Assembly (NCBI GenBank): GCA_965243205.1
Contig: CBDEUK010000002.1
Location: forward strand, 2,144,001 to 2,208,000
DNA length: 64,000 bases
From: Gammaproteobacteria bacterium
GTDB lineage: Bacteria; Pseudomonadota; Gammaproteobacteria; Eutrophobiales; Eutrophobiaceae
Reading direction: 5' to 3'
In this document: positions 9,170 to 20,081 of the stretch, one piece after another
Layout: every line of letters starts with the position of its first letter
How positions within the stretch are numbered: position 1 is the stretch's first letter
The notes under the pieces: model-generated
Databases searched by the model: none
Told to the model about the DNA's origin: nothing
Seen by the model: only the letters and a program-made list of their open reading frames with translations
Program-made: the position numbers and the translations under genes

Positions 9170-10042
9170 ATGTCAGAAGTATTCAATCTAAAAGTACTAT
9201 CTATAAGTATTTTGATATTTGCACTACAAGCATGTAGTAAAGACGAACAAGAAAAGGTGAGTGATAAGTCTAATGAACCTTCTAATGTTGTTAATGTTGA
9301 ATTGAAACCTGAAAAAACTCCTGAGTCTGAAAAAGTTGAAACACCTCAAGAGGAAGCTCAATCAACAGTTGATGAGTTAATTCCTGAACCTAAACCTGAA
9401 TTATTTCATGAAGTGGTAACGCAAGAACAGATTTATAAAAACTGGCCTTACCAAGAAGAGATGCGTAATTTACCCACGCAAACATCGGTTGAACCAGAGC
9501 CTGAGACCATTATTGAAAAAGCAACCGAGGCCGTAGAAGAAAAGGCAACGGAAGTAAAAGAAGCTGTCGTTGAAAAAGTATCTGTAGCAACTGGTGCTAG
9601 TAAAGATATGGTTAGTAATGTTGTCGATAAAGTGGTTCCCGCACCTACTCCAGCTGCAACTGGAGGAGCAGAGCATGTTATTAACGCAAAAGGTTTGACC
9701 GCTTTTGATAAACCGATTCTTTATGTTGCACCTGGGGACACGATTCATTTTAAGAAATTAAATGGTGGCCATAACAGTGAGTCAGTTTTCACACCTGAAG
9801 GTGCGGAAGGTTGGAAAGGCGCTATGAATAAAAATATTTCAGTAACACTGACAGTGTCTGGTATGTATGGTTACATTTGCTTACCTCATGCGGGTTTGGG
9901 TATGAACGGCGTTATCGTTGTTGGTGATGCAGGTGATAAAGAAGCGGTTATGGAAAAACTTCGAGGATTGGAACAAACCGATCCTGCACGTAAATTATTA
10001 GGCAAAGTGAATAAAGTAAAACCTGAGAATTACGTAAAATAA
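9170..10042 (+). CDS. Lipoprotein with a long acidic/Pro-rich linker and a C-terminal pseudoazurin/plastocyanin-like cupredoxin domain
   Basis: AGGAG SD at 9158-9162, ATG 9170; lipobox LQAC; type-1 Cu ligands HN...C-x-P-H-x4-M (CLPHAGLGM). Confidence 0.88.
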   Translation: MSEVFNLKVLSISILIFALQACSKDEQEKVSDKSNEPSNVVNVELKPEKTPESEKVETPQEEAQSTVDELIPEPKPELFHEVVTQEQIYKNWPYQEEMRNLPTQTSVEPEPETIIEKATEAVEEKATEVKEAVVEKVSVATGASKDMVSNVVDKVVPAPTPAATGGAEHVINAKGLTAFDKPILYVAPGDTIHFKKLNGGHNSESVFTPEGAEGWKGAMNKNISVTLTVSGMYGYICLPHAGLGMNGVIVVGDAGDKEAVMEKLRGLEQTDPARKLLGKVNKVKPENYVK

Positions 10043-10061
10043 TTTTTAGTAAACATCGAAT

Positions 10062-10090
10062 AAAAAAGCCCGCTATATGTGGGTTTTTTT
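10062..10090. terminator. Bidirectional intrinsic terminator between the convergent cupredoxin and ppk2 genes
   Basis: AAAAAAGCCCGC-tatat-GTGGGTTTTTTT stem flanked by A- and T-tracts. Confidence 0.8.
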
Positions 10091-10961
10091 ATTTTGACAT
10101 TAAACGTTTTTTATAGCCTTCAAATTTTTCTTTTTCGTCCTTTGAAACTTTTGGATAATGCATATCCATATTTTTCATAGTGTTTAAAATAATCTCAGCC
10201 ACTCGCATACGCATAAAAGGTTTATCGTCTGCAGGTATGGCGTACCAAGGTGCCCAAGGTTTAGAAGTCGTACGTAATGTCTCTTCATAAGCATGCATAT
10301 AATCATCCCATAATTTACGTTCATCCAAATCACCTTCATTAAATTTCCAATGTTTTTCAGGTTCTTCTAAACGACTTAAGAAGCGTTGTTTTTGTTCTTC
10401 TTTAGAAACGTTGAGCCAGAACTTGATAATCACAGTTCCGTTTTGTGCAAGATGTTTTTCAAACTGATTTATAGACTCAAATCGATCTTGCCAAATAGTC
10501 TCACGATTTATTTCTGCTGGAAGTCGTTGGTAATTTAAGTACTCTGGATGAACACGAACGACTAAGACTTCCTCGTAATAACTACGGTTAAATACGCCAA
10601 TGCGACCTCGTTCAGGTAATGCTTTGGTGGTACGCCATAAAAAGTCGTGATCTAATTCCTCAGCACTGGGTTTTTTGAAACTATGAACCTGACAGCCGGC
10701 TGGGTTTAAACCACGGGTGACGGCACGAATAGTACTGTCTTTACCAGCTGCATCCATCGCTTGAAAGACCAATAAAATAGCGTGATGGTCATGCGCATAC
10801 ATAATTCGTTGATAATCATCCATTTCATCGATGTATTTATTCAAACGTTTTTTACACTCTTTACGATCAGGGGCTGCATCAGGCGGAGCTGTAGGGGAAG
10901 ATTCGAGGCTGAAATTGCCTTTGAAAGAAACCAAGTAAGGGCTTTCAACAGAGTACTTCAT
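10089..10961 (-). CDS. ppk2: Polyphosphate kinase 2 family protein (polyP:nucleotide phosphotransferase)
   Basis: QAMDAAGKDS Walker A; FKKPSAEELDHDFLWR; FNRSYYEEVL; APWYAIPADDK. Confidence 0.92.
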   Translation of the reverse strand: MKYSVESPYLVSFKGNFSLESSPTAPPDAAPDRKECKKRLNKYIDEMDDYQRIMYAHDHHAILLVFQAMDAAGKDSTIRAVTRGLNPAGCQVHSFKKPSAEELDHDFLWRTTKALPERGRIGVFNRSYYEEVLVVRVHPEYLNYQRLPAEINRETIWQDRFESINQFEKHLAQNGTVIIKFWLNVSKEEQKQRFLSRLEEPEKHWKFNEGDLDERKLWDDYMHAYEETLRTTSKPWAPWYAIPADDKPFMRMRVAEIILNTMKNMDMHYPKVSKDEKEKFEGYKKRLMSK

Positions 10962-11108
10962 TATAATTTCTCAGTAATGATAACTTTTCCTGTTTGCGGC
11001 ATTAGAGAACTATTCTTTAACACTATACAGTAACTAACTATCACCTTTAAAGTCTTAAAGTATTACACTGCTATCGGTTACACTTAGAAAAAATATCTAG
11101 GAGATTTT

Positions 11109-11642
11109 ATGACCATTCGAAGTTTTGATGGCAATATACCAAAAATTGCTGAAACTGCTTATATAGATGAGACAGCATTGGTGATTGGTAATGTTAACAT
11201 TGGTGAGCATAGTTCTATATGGCCCATGACAGTCGTACGTGGTGATGTTCATTCTATTCAAATTGGTAAATATACAAATATTCAAGATACATCGATCTTA
11301 CATGTGACACACGATGGTGAATTTTCTCCTGGGGGCTACCCACTAACGATAGGTGATTATGTGACTGCAGGTCATAGAGTCACTCTACACGCCTGTACTG
11401 TTGGTGATTATTGTTTGATCGGTATGTCTGCAACGATAATGGATGGTGCAGTAATAGGCGATAAAACCATCATTGGGGCAGGCAGTTTAGTGCCAACTGG
11501 AAAAAAATTAGAGGGCGGTTATTTATATGTCGGTTCACCGATAAAGAGAGTACGGGAACTGAATGAAAAAGAACTGGCCTTTTTGGAATATTCAGCCACG
11601 CATTACGCGAAGTTGAAAGATAGACATAAAACCATCGATTGA
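11109..11642 (+). CDS. yrdA: Gamma carbonic anhydrase family protein (YrdA-like)
   Basis: Hexapeptide repeats; RGDV, TNIQD..LH and GH..TLHAC Zn-binding His residues. Confidence 0.9.
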   Translation: MTIRSFDGNIPKIAETAYIDETALVIGNVNIGEHSSIWPMTVVRGDVHSIQIGKYTNIQDTSILHVTHDGEFSPGGYPLTIGDYVTAGHRVTLHACTVGDYCLIGMSATIMDGAVIGDKTIIGAGSLVPTGKKLEGGYLYVGSPIKRVRELNEKELAFLEYSATHYAKLKDRHKTID

Positions 11643-11655
11643 ATGATTATTAATT

Positions 11656-12159
11656 ATGAAGTTAACACGAAGAATGTTATTAATCGCGACCTCAGTCAGT
11701 GCTATTTCGGTCGCGACCTACCGTTTGTTTAGCGCAAGTAAACCTGAAAGTTTATTAACGACTGTCTTACCCGAGTTTTTAGATACTTTAATTCCTAGTG
11801 ATCAAACCCCATCGGCTTCACAGCTGAACGTAGATGAAGATATGATTGACTATCTTCAAGAAAAGTTACGATATAAAAATATTGTGATGTTTGGATGTGC
11901 ATGGCTTAACAAACAAGCCAATGAAATTTTTTCTGAGGACTTTTTGAATTTAGATACACAACAAAAAATACAAATTGTTGAGAAATTAGAATCCACGAAA
12001 CAAAACCAAACAGCACAGTTTTTCTTTCATCATATAAAAGACAAAGCATTTGAGTTTTACTATTCCAAACCACAAAGTTGGATCGGTCTTGAGTTTCATC
12101 AACCACCACAGCCTCTTGGATACAATGATTACAATCAAAGGACCATTCACACTTCATGA
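11656..12159 (+). CDS. Gluconate 2-dehydrogenase subunit 3-like small subunit with a Tat signal
   Basis: TRR Tat motif; DTLIPSDQTPSA and FYYS..SW..L motifs; 4-bp overlap with the GMC gene. Confidence 0.8.
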   Translation: MKLTRRMLLIATSVSAISVATYRLFSASKPESLLTTVLPEFLDTLIPSDQTPSASQLNVDEDMIDYLQEKLRYKNIVMFGCAWLNKQANEIFSEDFLNLDTQQKIQIVEKLESTKQNQTAQFFFHHIKDKAFEFYYSKPQSWIGLEFHQPPQPLGYNDYNQRTIHTS

Positions 12160-13826
12160 GTGATGAATACGATGTTGTTATTATAGGTTCTGGTGCGGGT
12201 GGCGGTGCTTGTGCCTGGACATTGAGCAAACAGGGTGTGAATGTTTGTTTATTAGAAGCAGGTCCCGCATATGACTATCAAAAAGATTATCGTCTAGAAC
12301 ATAATGACTGGGAAGTATATGGTTTTCCAGAAAAACAAAGCTCATCTAATCGACAAACATTTGGTGAATTTCAGTCATTAGATCGTAAATGGTCTGATTT
12401 ATTTTCATGGAATCATGAAACAGGCCGGTTGAATAAAACCGATAAACGAATAGTTTTCGCATATCATCATGTTCGAGGTGTTGGAGGTTCAACCTTGCAT
12501 TTTAGTGGAGAGGCTCATCGCATGAATCCTGAGTCGATGAATCTCAAAACCAAATTTGATGTTGCGGCTGATTGGCCCGTGAGTTATGCGGAACTCGAAC
12601 CTTATTATCAACTGGCTGAAAAAATCATTGGCGTTGCTGGCGGTGTAGATAATCGTTGTTGGCGTTCTGAGCCATATCCTTTGCCAGAGCATGAGTGGAA
12701 TTATCACAGTCATTTATTGAAATCAGGTTTTGCAGAAAATGGTATGAATTTACAGAGTAATTCATTAGCTATTTTATCTAAGCCATACAACGATAGACCA
12801 GCATGTAATCACTGTAATAATTGTACTAAAGGTTGTCCTCGAGCGGATAAAGGCAGTGTTGATGTCACTTTTATTCGACAAGCCAGGGCCTTTGATAACT
12901 TTACTCTAAAGGTAGAAGCCACAGTAACTCAAATTAAAAGTACTGAGAATGACAAGGTAACGGCAGTTACTTATTTTGATAGCAATGGCAACGAACAATC
13001 ATTGACGGCACGAGTGATAGTAGCTGCATGTGGAGCAGTTGAAACTCCTAGGTTATTACTCAACTCTGAAAGTAATCATGCCAAGCAGGGTTTGTCCAAT
13101 GACTCAGGGCAACTAGGAAAGAATTTTATGGAAACAGTCTTTTGGCATACCAATGCGTTACATGAAGAACCATTGGGTAGTCATCGTGGTATTCCATCCG
13201 ATGTGGTGTGTTGGGACTTTAATAACCCAGATTCTATTGAAGGTGTTATAGGCGGTTGTCGATTCAGTTCTGGTGTGGGGGAAACCGATTTAGTTGGTCC
13301 TGTGAATTATGCTAAGCGTGTTGTAAATGGTTGGGGGCTAAAACATAAACAAACTATGCGTGAACAATTTGGCAAAGTTATTTCCATAGGTGCTGTTGGA
13401 GAAAGTTTGCCGCATGCGAAAAGTTTTATTGATCTAGATCCCAATGAAAAAGATCAATTTGGTTTAGCAAAAGCAAGAATTCACAGTTTTGTTGATGAAA
13501 TGCAATTAAATCGTCTATCTTTTATGAAGCAGCGTTGCCGTGATGTTGTAAAAGCCAGTGGCGCTGAGACTATTTTTGAAGAGTATGGTAACTATGATTA
13601 CTTCAGCGCAACTCATGTTTTTGGGACTTGTCGTATGGGTAATGATGCTGAAGATTCAGTAGTTGATCGATTTGGCCAAAGTCATCGATTCAAAAATTTG
13701 TTTATTGCCGATGCCAGTGTGTTCCCTAGTTCAGGCGGTGGGGAAGCACCTTCCCTTACGATTGAAGCTCTGGCTCTTAGGACAGGCGATAGAATTGTGG
13801 ATTTATTGCAGAAAAAACAGCTATAG
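12156..13826 (+). CDS. GMC family FAD-dependent oxidoreductase (large subunit)
   Basis: IIGSGAGG FAD motif; RGVGGSTLH; Cys cluster CNHCNNCTKGCP; HVFGTCRMG; DASVFP. Confidence 0.92.
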   Translation: MSDEYDVVIIGSGAGGGACAWTLSKQGVNVCLLEAGPAYDYQKDYRLEHNDWEVYGFPEKQSSSNRQTFGEFQSLDRKWSDLFSWNHETGRLNKTDKRIVFAYHHVRGVGGSTLHFSGEAHRMNPESMNLKTKFDVAADWPVSYAELEPYYQLAEKIIGVAGGVDNRCWRSEPYPLPEHEWNYHSHLLKSGFAENGMNLQSNSLAILSKPYNDRPACNHCNNCTKGCPRADKGSVDVTFIRQARAFDNFTLKVEATVTQIKSTENDKVTAVTYFDSNGNEQSLTARVIVAACGAVETPRLLLNSESNHAKQGLSNDSGQLGKNFMETVFWHTNALHEEPLGSHRGIPSDVVCWDFNNPDSIEGVIGGCRFSSGVGETDLVGPVNYAKRVVNGWGLKHKQTMREQFGKVISIGAVGESLPHAKSFIDLDPNEKDQFGLAKARIHSFVDEMQLNRLSFMKQRCRDVVKASGAETIFEEYGNYDYFSATHVFGTCRMGNDAEDSVVDRFGQSHRFKNLFIADASVFPSSGGGEAPSLTIEALALRTGDRIVDLLQKKQL

Positions 13827-13901
13827 AATTCGATTTTAGGGTTCGTTTTCGTTACTATTGCCCGCCATTTTTATGGGCTAACAGTTAATTTTCGAGATTT
13901 T

Positions 13902-15794
13902 ATGAACCAGTACCCTGAACAGTTTGATGTGATTGTTATCGGCGGTGGCCATGCCGGAACCGAGGCTGCGCTGGCGTCTGCTCGTATGGGTTCAAAAACC
14001 TTACTATTGACGCAAAATATCGATACATTAGGACAAATGTCCTGTAATCCGGCGATTGGTGGTATTGGCAAAGGTCACTTAGTTAAAGAAATCGATGCAA
14101 TGGGCGGCATCATGGCGTTAGCAGCGGATTATTGCGGTATTCAATTTCGCCGGCTCAATGCGAGCAAAGGCCCAGCGGTTCGAGCGACGCGTGCTCAGAT
14201 CGATCGCAGTTTATATCGTCAATTTATTCGTAATTATCTCGAAGCCCAAGGTAATCTCAGTATCTTCCAGCAATCGGTAGAAGACTTAATCGTTGAGGGT
14301 GAACAAGTCGTTGGCGCGACTACTCAAATGGGTTTGCAGTTTTATGCTAAAAGTATCGTGCTAACAGTAGGTACGTTTTTAGGCGGTAAAATTCATATTG
14401 GTGAATCTAATTACCAAGGTGGGCGCGCAGGAGATGCACCATCAAATGCTTTGGCTCAACGTTTACGCGAATTGCCATTCAGAGTAGAGCGCTTAAAAAC
14501 AGGTACTCCTCCGCGTATCGATAGCAAAACAATTAATTTTGATGACTTACAAGCTCAGCCTGGAGATGAGCCTGTGCCGGTTTTTTCTTTTATGGGAAAG
14601 ACCGAATATCATCCGCAACAAGTACCTTGTTACATAACACACACGAATCAGAAAACGCACGATATTATTCAAGCCGCTTTAGATCGATCACCAATGTTTA
14701 ATGGCAGCATTGAAAGTGTAGGGCCACGTTATTGTCCTTCAGTCGAAGATAAAGTAGTGCGTTTTGCGGAAAAAACCTCACATCAAATCTTTATTGAGCC
14801 TGAAGGCTTAACGACTAAGGAGATATATCCGAATGGTATCTCAACCAGTTTACCGTTCGATGTACAGTTTGACCTAGTTCGCTCCATTGAAGGTTTTGAA
14901 AATGCCCATATCACTCGTCCTGGCTATGCTATCGAATACGATTTTTTTGACCCCAGAGATTTACATCCTTGGTTAGAGACGAAGCATTTAAAGGGCTTAT
15001 TCTTCGCTGGGCAAATTAATGGTACAACAGGTTATGAAGAGGCTGGTGCACAAGGTTTATTAGCTGGAATCAACGCCGCTCGATTAGCGAATGATGAATC
15101 TACTTGGTATCCACGTCGTGATGAGGCCTATTTAGGAGTGATGGTGGATGATCTCATTACAAAAGGTACGATGGAACCGTATCGTATGTTTACAAGTCGT
15201 GCCGAGTACCGTCTCATTTTACGTGAAGATAATGCTGACTTACGATTAACTGAAGTTGCACATGAGTTCGGTTTGGTTTCGGATGAACAATGGCGACGCT
15301 TTAGTGAAAAGCAAGATGCTATTCAGGCTGAACAAAAACGCTTGGAAACGACTTGGATTTCGCCAGAAAAAACTGATGATGAATTATGTCAGGCTGTATT
15401 AGGCCAATCCTTGAAACACGAAGCGAATTTGATGCAGCTATTGAAACGCCCTGAAATCAATTATTCAGATGTCATAAAATTTATCGAACAAAATAGCGAA
15501 ATTGATCCATTGGTTGCGGAACAGGTTGAGATTCAAGCCAAATACAGTGGATATATTGATCGCCAACATGAAGAAATTGCTCGTAATCGGTCGCAAGAAG
15601 AAACGCCTATGCCTGCAGATTTTGATTATTTAAAAGTCAAAGGTTTATCCGCTGAAGCTGTGCAAAAACTGAATCAGCATCAGCCTGAGAATCTTGGAAT
15701 GGCTTCAAGAATTCCAGGTATTACGCCGGCAGCAATTTCAATTTTACGAATTTATTTAAAAAAATATTATTCCAGTTTGAAACAAAGTGCTTGA
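13902..15794 (+). CDS. mnmG: tRNA uridine-5-carboxymethylaminomethyl modification enzyme MnmG (GidA)
   Basis: [39 protein letters not shown]. Confidence 0.99.
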   Translation: MNQYPEQFDVIVIGGGHAGTEAALASARMGSKTLLLTQNIDTLGQMSCNPAIGGIGKGHLVKEIDAMGGIMALAADYCGIQFRRLNASKGPAVRATRAQIDRSLYRQFIRNYLEAQGNLSIFQQSVEDLIVEGEQVVGATTQMGLQFYAKSIVLTVGTFLGGKIHIGESNYQGGRAGDAPSNALAQRLRELPFRVERLKTGTPPRIDSKTINFDDLQAQPGDEPVPVFSFMGKTEYHPQQVPCYITHTNQKTHDIIQAALDRSPMFNGSIESVGPRYCPSVEDKVVRFAEKTSHQIFIEPEGLTTKEIYPNGISTSLPFDVQFDLVRSIEGFENAHITRPGYAIEYDFFDPRDLHPWLETKHLKGLFFAGQINGTTGYEEAGAQGLLAGINAARLANDESTWYPRRDEAYLGVMVDDLITKGTMEPYRMFTSRAEYRLILREDNADLRLTEVAHEFGLVSDEQWRRFSEKQDAIQAEQKRLETTWISPEKTDDELCQAVLGQSLKHEANLMQLLKRPEINYSDVIKFIEQNSEIDPLVAEQVEIQAKYSGYIDRQHEEIARNRSQEETPMPADFDYLKVKGLSAEAVQKLNQHQPENLGMASRIPGITPAAISILRIYLKKYYSSLKQSA

Positions 15795-16425
15795 TAAAAC
15801 CTTGGATCTCACTCATCTAGAACAGCCTTTCCATTTGGCACTAGAAGCCTTCGATTTTCGTGTCGTTGGTGGGTTTGCGCCGTATCGCCATTATTTGGAG
15901 CTACTTACAAAATGGAACAAGGCCTATAACTTAACAGCGATTAGAGAGCCAAAAGCCATGCTAACCAACCATATTTTGGACAGCTTGGCCGTGTCGCCTT
16001 ATATCAAAGGAGATAATTGCTTAGATGTTGGTACAGGGGCAGGTTTACCAGGTTTGATTCTAGCAATGGCCAATCCAGGCCAGTTTTGGACCTTGCTGGA
16101 CAGCAATATCAAAAAAACTCGCTTTGTGAACCAAGTGATCATGGAGCTTGGATTAAAGAATGTCACTGTAGTGCATGATCGCGTTGAAGAATTCGACGAT
16201 CAGCAAGCATATGATGCTGTTATTTGTCGTGCTTATACTTCTTTAGCCGCTTACTATCAGGGATGCCATAAGTTTATAAAAGAGGATGGTCAGCTATTCG
16301 CAATGAAAGCAAGCTTGCCCAAGGAAGAGATTGTTGGCTTGAAAGAATATACTAATAACATTGAATATTATCCGATCCACGTACCCGGTTTGGATGCTGA
16401 GCGCGGACTGGTCAGTTTTTACTAG
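15787..16425 (+). CDS. rsmG: 16S rRNA m7G527 methyltransferase RsmG (GidB)
   Basis: [29 protein letters not shown]; position after mnmG. Confidence 0.97.
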   Translation: MLDKTLDLTHLEQPFHLALEAFDFRVVGGFAPYRHYLELLTKWNKAYNLTAIREPKAMLTNHILDSLAVSPYIKGDNCLDVGTGAGLPGLILAMANPGQFWTLLDSNIKKTRFVNQVIMELGLKNVTVVHDRVEEFDDQQAYDAVICRAYTSLAAYYQGCHKFIKEDGQLFAMKASLPKEEIVGLKEYTNNIEYYPIHVPGLDAERGLVSFY

Positions 16426-16565
16426 GCATAATCAAAAAACGTTATTCCGATCCGCCAAGAAAGCGTTATTATAGAAACATAATCAAAAGTGTAATTTTTC
16501 GCTAGTTTCATCAAGCGCAATTACTATCATTACAATAATAATATGATGAAGGATTAGTAACTCTC

Positions 16566-17339
16566 ATGAGCAAGACCATGGCCATTGTGAATCAGAAAGG
16601 TGGGGTTGGTAAAACCACTACCAGCGTGAATCTGGCCGCCTCATTAGCCGCGACCAAACGTAAAGTACTGTTGATAGACATCGATCCGCAGGGCAATGCA
16701 ACGATGGGCAGTGGTGTTGATAAGATGCAATTGGATAGAAGCACTTATGATGTGTTGATGGATGGTATGCCAATCCAGGATGCTTTGGTCAATCTTGAAG
16801 GGATGGGATTTGATATCTTACCCAGCAATGCTGATCTTACTGGTGCTGAAGTTGGACTGATTGATGAAATGGCGCGTGAGATTCGATTACGCAAAGCACT
16901 TGAGCCGATTAAGGATGATTATCAATATATTTTCATAGATTGTCCGCCTTCATTAAGCATGTTAACAGTGAACGCATTAGTCGCTGCGGATTCTGTGATT
17001 ATTCCAATGCAATGTGAGTATTATGCTCTAGAAGGTTTAACCGCTCTCATTGATACCATTGATAAGATTCAACAATTGCTTAACCCTAATTTGAAAATCG
17101 AAGGACTTCTTCGAACGATGTATGACCCTAGAAATAACCTAGCCAGCCAAGTTTCAGATCAGTTACTCGAACATTTTGGTGATAAGGTTTATAGGACAGT
17201 CATTCCGCGTAATGTACGTTTGGCTGAAGCACCGAGTTATGGTTTGTCGGTATTGAAGTACGATAAAACGTCGCGTGGCGCACTAGCATATTTAGCCTTA
17301 GCTGGTGAAATGCTTCGCCGTGAAGGCATAGCGGCGTAG
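16566..17339 (+). CDS. parA: Chromosome partitioning ATPase ParA
   Basis: NQKGGVGKTT, DIDPQGNAT, IDCPPSL, IPRNVRLAEAPS. Confidence 0.97.
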   Translation: MSKTMAIVNQKGGVGKTTTSVNLAASLAATKRKVLLIDIDPQGNATMGSGVDKMQLDRSTYDVLMDGMPIQDALVNLEGMGFDILPSNADLTGAEVGLIDEMAREIRLRKALEPIKDDYQYIFIDCPPSLSMLTVNALVAADSVIIPMQCEYYALEGLTALIDTIDKIQQLLNPNLKIEGLLRTMYDPRNNLASQVSDQLLEHFGDKVYRTVIPRNVRLAEAPSYGLSVLKYDKTSRGALAYLALAGEMLRREGIAA

Positions 17340-17348
17340 AGGTTATAT

Positions 17349-18224
17349 ATGGCAGCGAAAAAACGTGGCTTAGGCAAAGGTCTAGATGCATTATTAAGTC
17401 CTCGAACACTTAAGGATGTAGAAACAGCTCAACCAAACGATCAGCTCACGACACTTGCCGTTGATTTAATGCAACGTGGTCAGTATCAACCACGTAAAGA
17501 TATGGATAAAACCGCATTACAAGAGTTATCCGATTCCATTAAAGCTCAAGGTTTAATTCAACCTATTCTTGTAAGGCCAATTACTGGTAGTAAGCAAAAA
17601 TACGAAATCGTTGCAGGAGAGCGTCGTTGGCGTGCTTCGCAGATGGCGGGTTTGCATGAAGTGCCGGTAGTGATCCGCGAGATCGATGATCACTCAGCCA
17701 TGTGCATGGCATTGATCGAAAATATCCAGCGCGAGGATTTAAATCCCTTAGATGAAGCTGAGGCTCTATATCGATTAATTGAAGAGTTTGATATGACTCA
17801 TGAAGCTGTTGCCGAGTCAGTAGGCCGTTCGCGTTCTTCAGTTTCTAATTTATTACGCTTGCTTGAATTGGATACCAAAGTAAAAGCCCTGGTAAAAGAA
17901 CGTAAGTTAGAAATGGGACATGCTCGGGCGTTGCTTTCTTTGGCTAAAAATAAGCAGCAAGTGGTTGCCAACGAGATTGTTAAAAAAGGCTTATCGGTAA
18001 GAGCAACAGAGGCCTTGGTTCGATCCTATAGTGCCGAAAAGAAATCGGTTAAGCCAACAGTGAAAAGCAATAAAGATCCAAATATTAGCAATTTAGAGCA
18101 GGATTTATCCGAAAAGCTAGGCGCCAAAGTTGAGATTCAACACAGCAAAAAGGGATCGGGCCGATTATCCATTCAATATCACAGTCTAGATGCTCTAGAA
18201 GGCATCCTTGGTCACATAAAATAG
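17349..18224 (+). CDS. parB: Chromosome partitioning protein ParB
   Basis: GLGKGLDALL, QPRK, AGERRWRA, ENIQREDLNP, HTH region. Confidence 0.97.
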   Translation: MAAKKRGLGKGLDALLSPRTLKDVETAQPNDQLTTLAVDLMQRGQYQPRKDMDKTALQELSDSIKAQGLIQPILVRPITGSKQKYEIVAGERRWRASQMAGLHEVPVVIREIDDHSAMCMALIENIQREDLNPLDEAEALYRLIEEFDMTHEAVAESVGRSRSSVSNLLRLLELDTKVKALVKERKLEMGHARALLSLAKNKQQVVANEIVKKGLSVRATEALVRSYSAEKKSVKPTVKSNKDPNISNLEQDLSEKLGAKVEIQHSKKGSGRLSIQYHSLDALEGILGHIK

Positions 18225-18255
18225 TTTTAATTCATTATATTTTGTCCCTGAAGCA

Positions 18256-18284
18256 TTGATCACTCCTGAAATGGCCTTTATACT
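18256..18284 (+). promoter_or_regulatory. Probable sigma70 promoter of the atp operon
   Basis: TTGATC-17 bp-TATACT followed by a GC-rich discriminator TCGCGCC. Confidence 0.6.
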
Positions 18285-18372
18285 TCGCGCCTGCACGAGC
18301 ATACTGGATAAGTAATCAGATACTTGGCAAAACTTAAACCTGAGTGGTTATAAACGCAACCCACTGAATAAA

Positions 18373-18762
18373 TTGCAAAAATCAGTACATAACAATAATA
18401 AAGCGGTTGCGTATAAAGGTTTGCAGGTCCTGTTGGTCATCTGCCTAGTCGTGGCACTGATGTTACTAATATTGTTCAGCAAAACAGAGGCATACTCTGC
18501 GTTATTGGGAGGAGTGGCTTATATTGTGCCGAATTACTGTTTCACTAGGTTCGCATTTCGATACTCAAGTGAAGATTCAGCGGCATTAGCCCTAAGATGG
18601 TTTTTTATTGGAGAAGCGATAAAACTTATCGTAACAGCCATCATCATCGCGTTATGTCTAATGTATGTTAAGCCTTTGCATGTTTTTGCATTTTTTGCAG
18701 TGTTCGTGCTGGCTATGATGATAAATTTGAAATTCTTACTTAAGAATATGACAGCATATTAA
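18373..18762 (+). CDS. atpI: ATP synthase protein I
   Basis: Four TM helices; SALLGG...PN and GEAIKL motifs; first gene of the atp operon; start uncertain. Confidence 0.88.
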   Translation: MQKSVHNNNKAVAYKGLQVLLVICLVVALMLLILFSKTEAYSALLGGVAYIVPNYCFTRFAFRYSSEDSAALALRWFFIGEAIKLIVTAIIIALCLMYVKPLHVFAFFAVFVLAMMINLKFLLKNMTAY

Positions 18763-18786
18763 GTAAGGATAAAAAACAATAATTAA

Positions 18787-19725
<939 letters not shown>

Positions 19726-19747
19726 TTTTTAGTTTTTTGTTTATTAA

Positions 19748-20032
<285 letters not shown>

Positions 20033-20081
20033 GGTCAAACTTAAAAGTAATAGAAAGCCCATTTAATAACAGGTGATTTAA

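Noticed and set aside
13827-18372. Search for oriC DnaA boxes and parS palindromes around mnmG-parAB
   Set aside because: No TTATCCACA cluster or GTTTCACGTGAAAC-type site was seen by eye; degenerate sites cannot be excluded.
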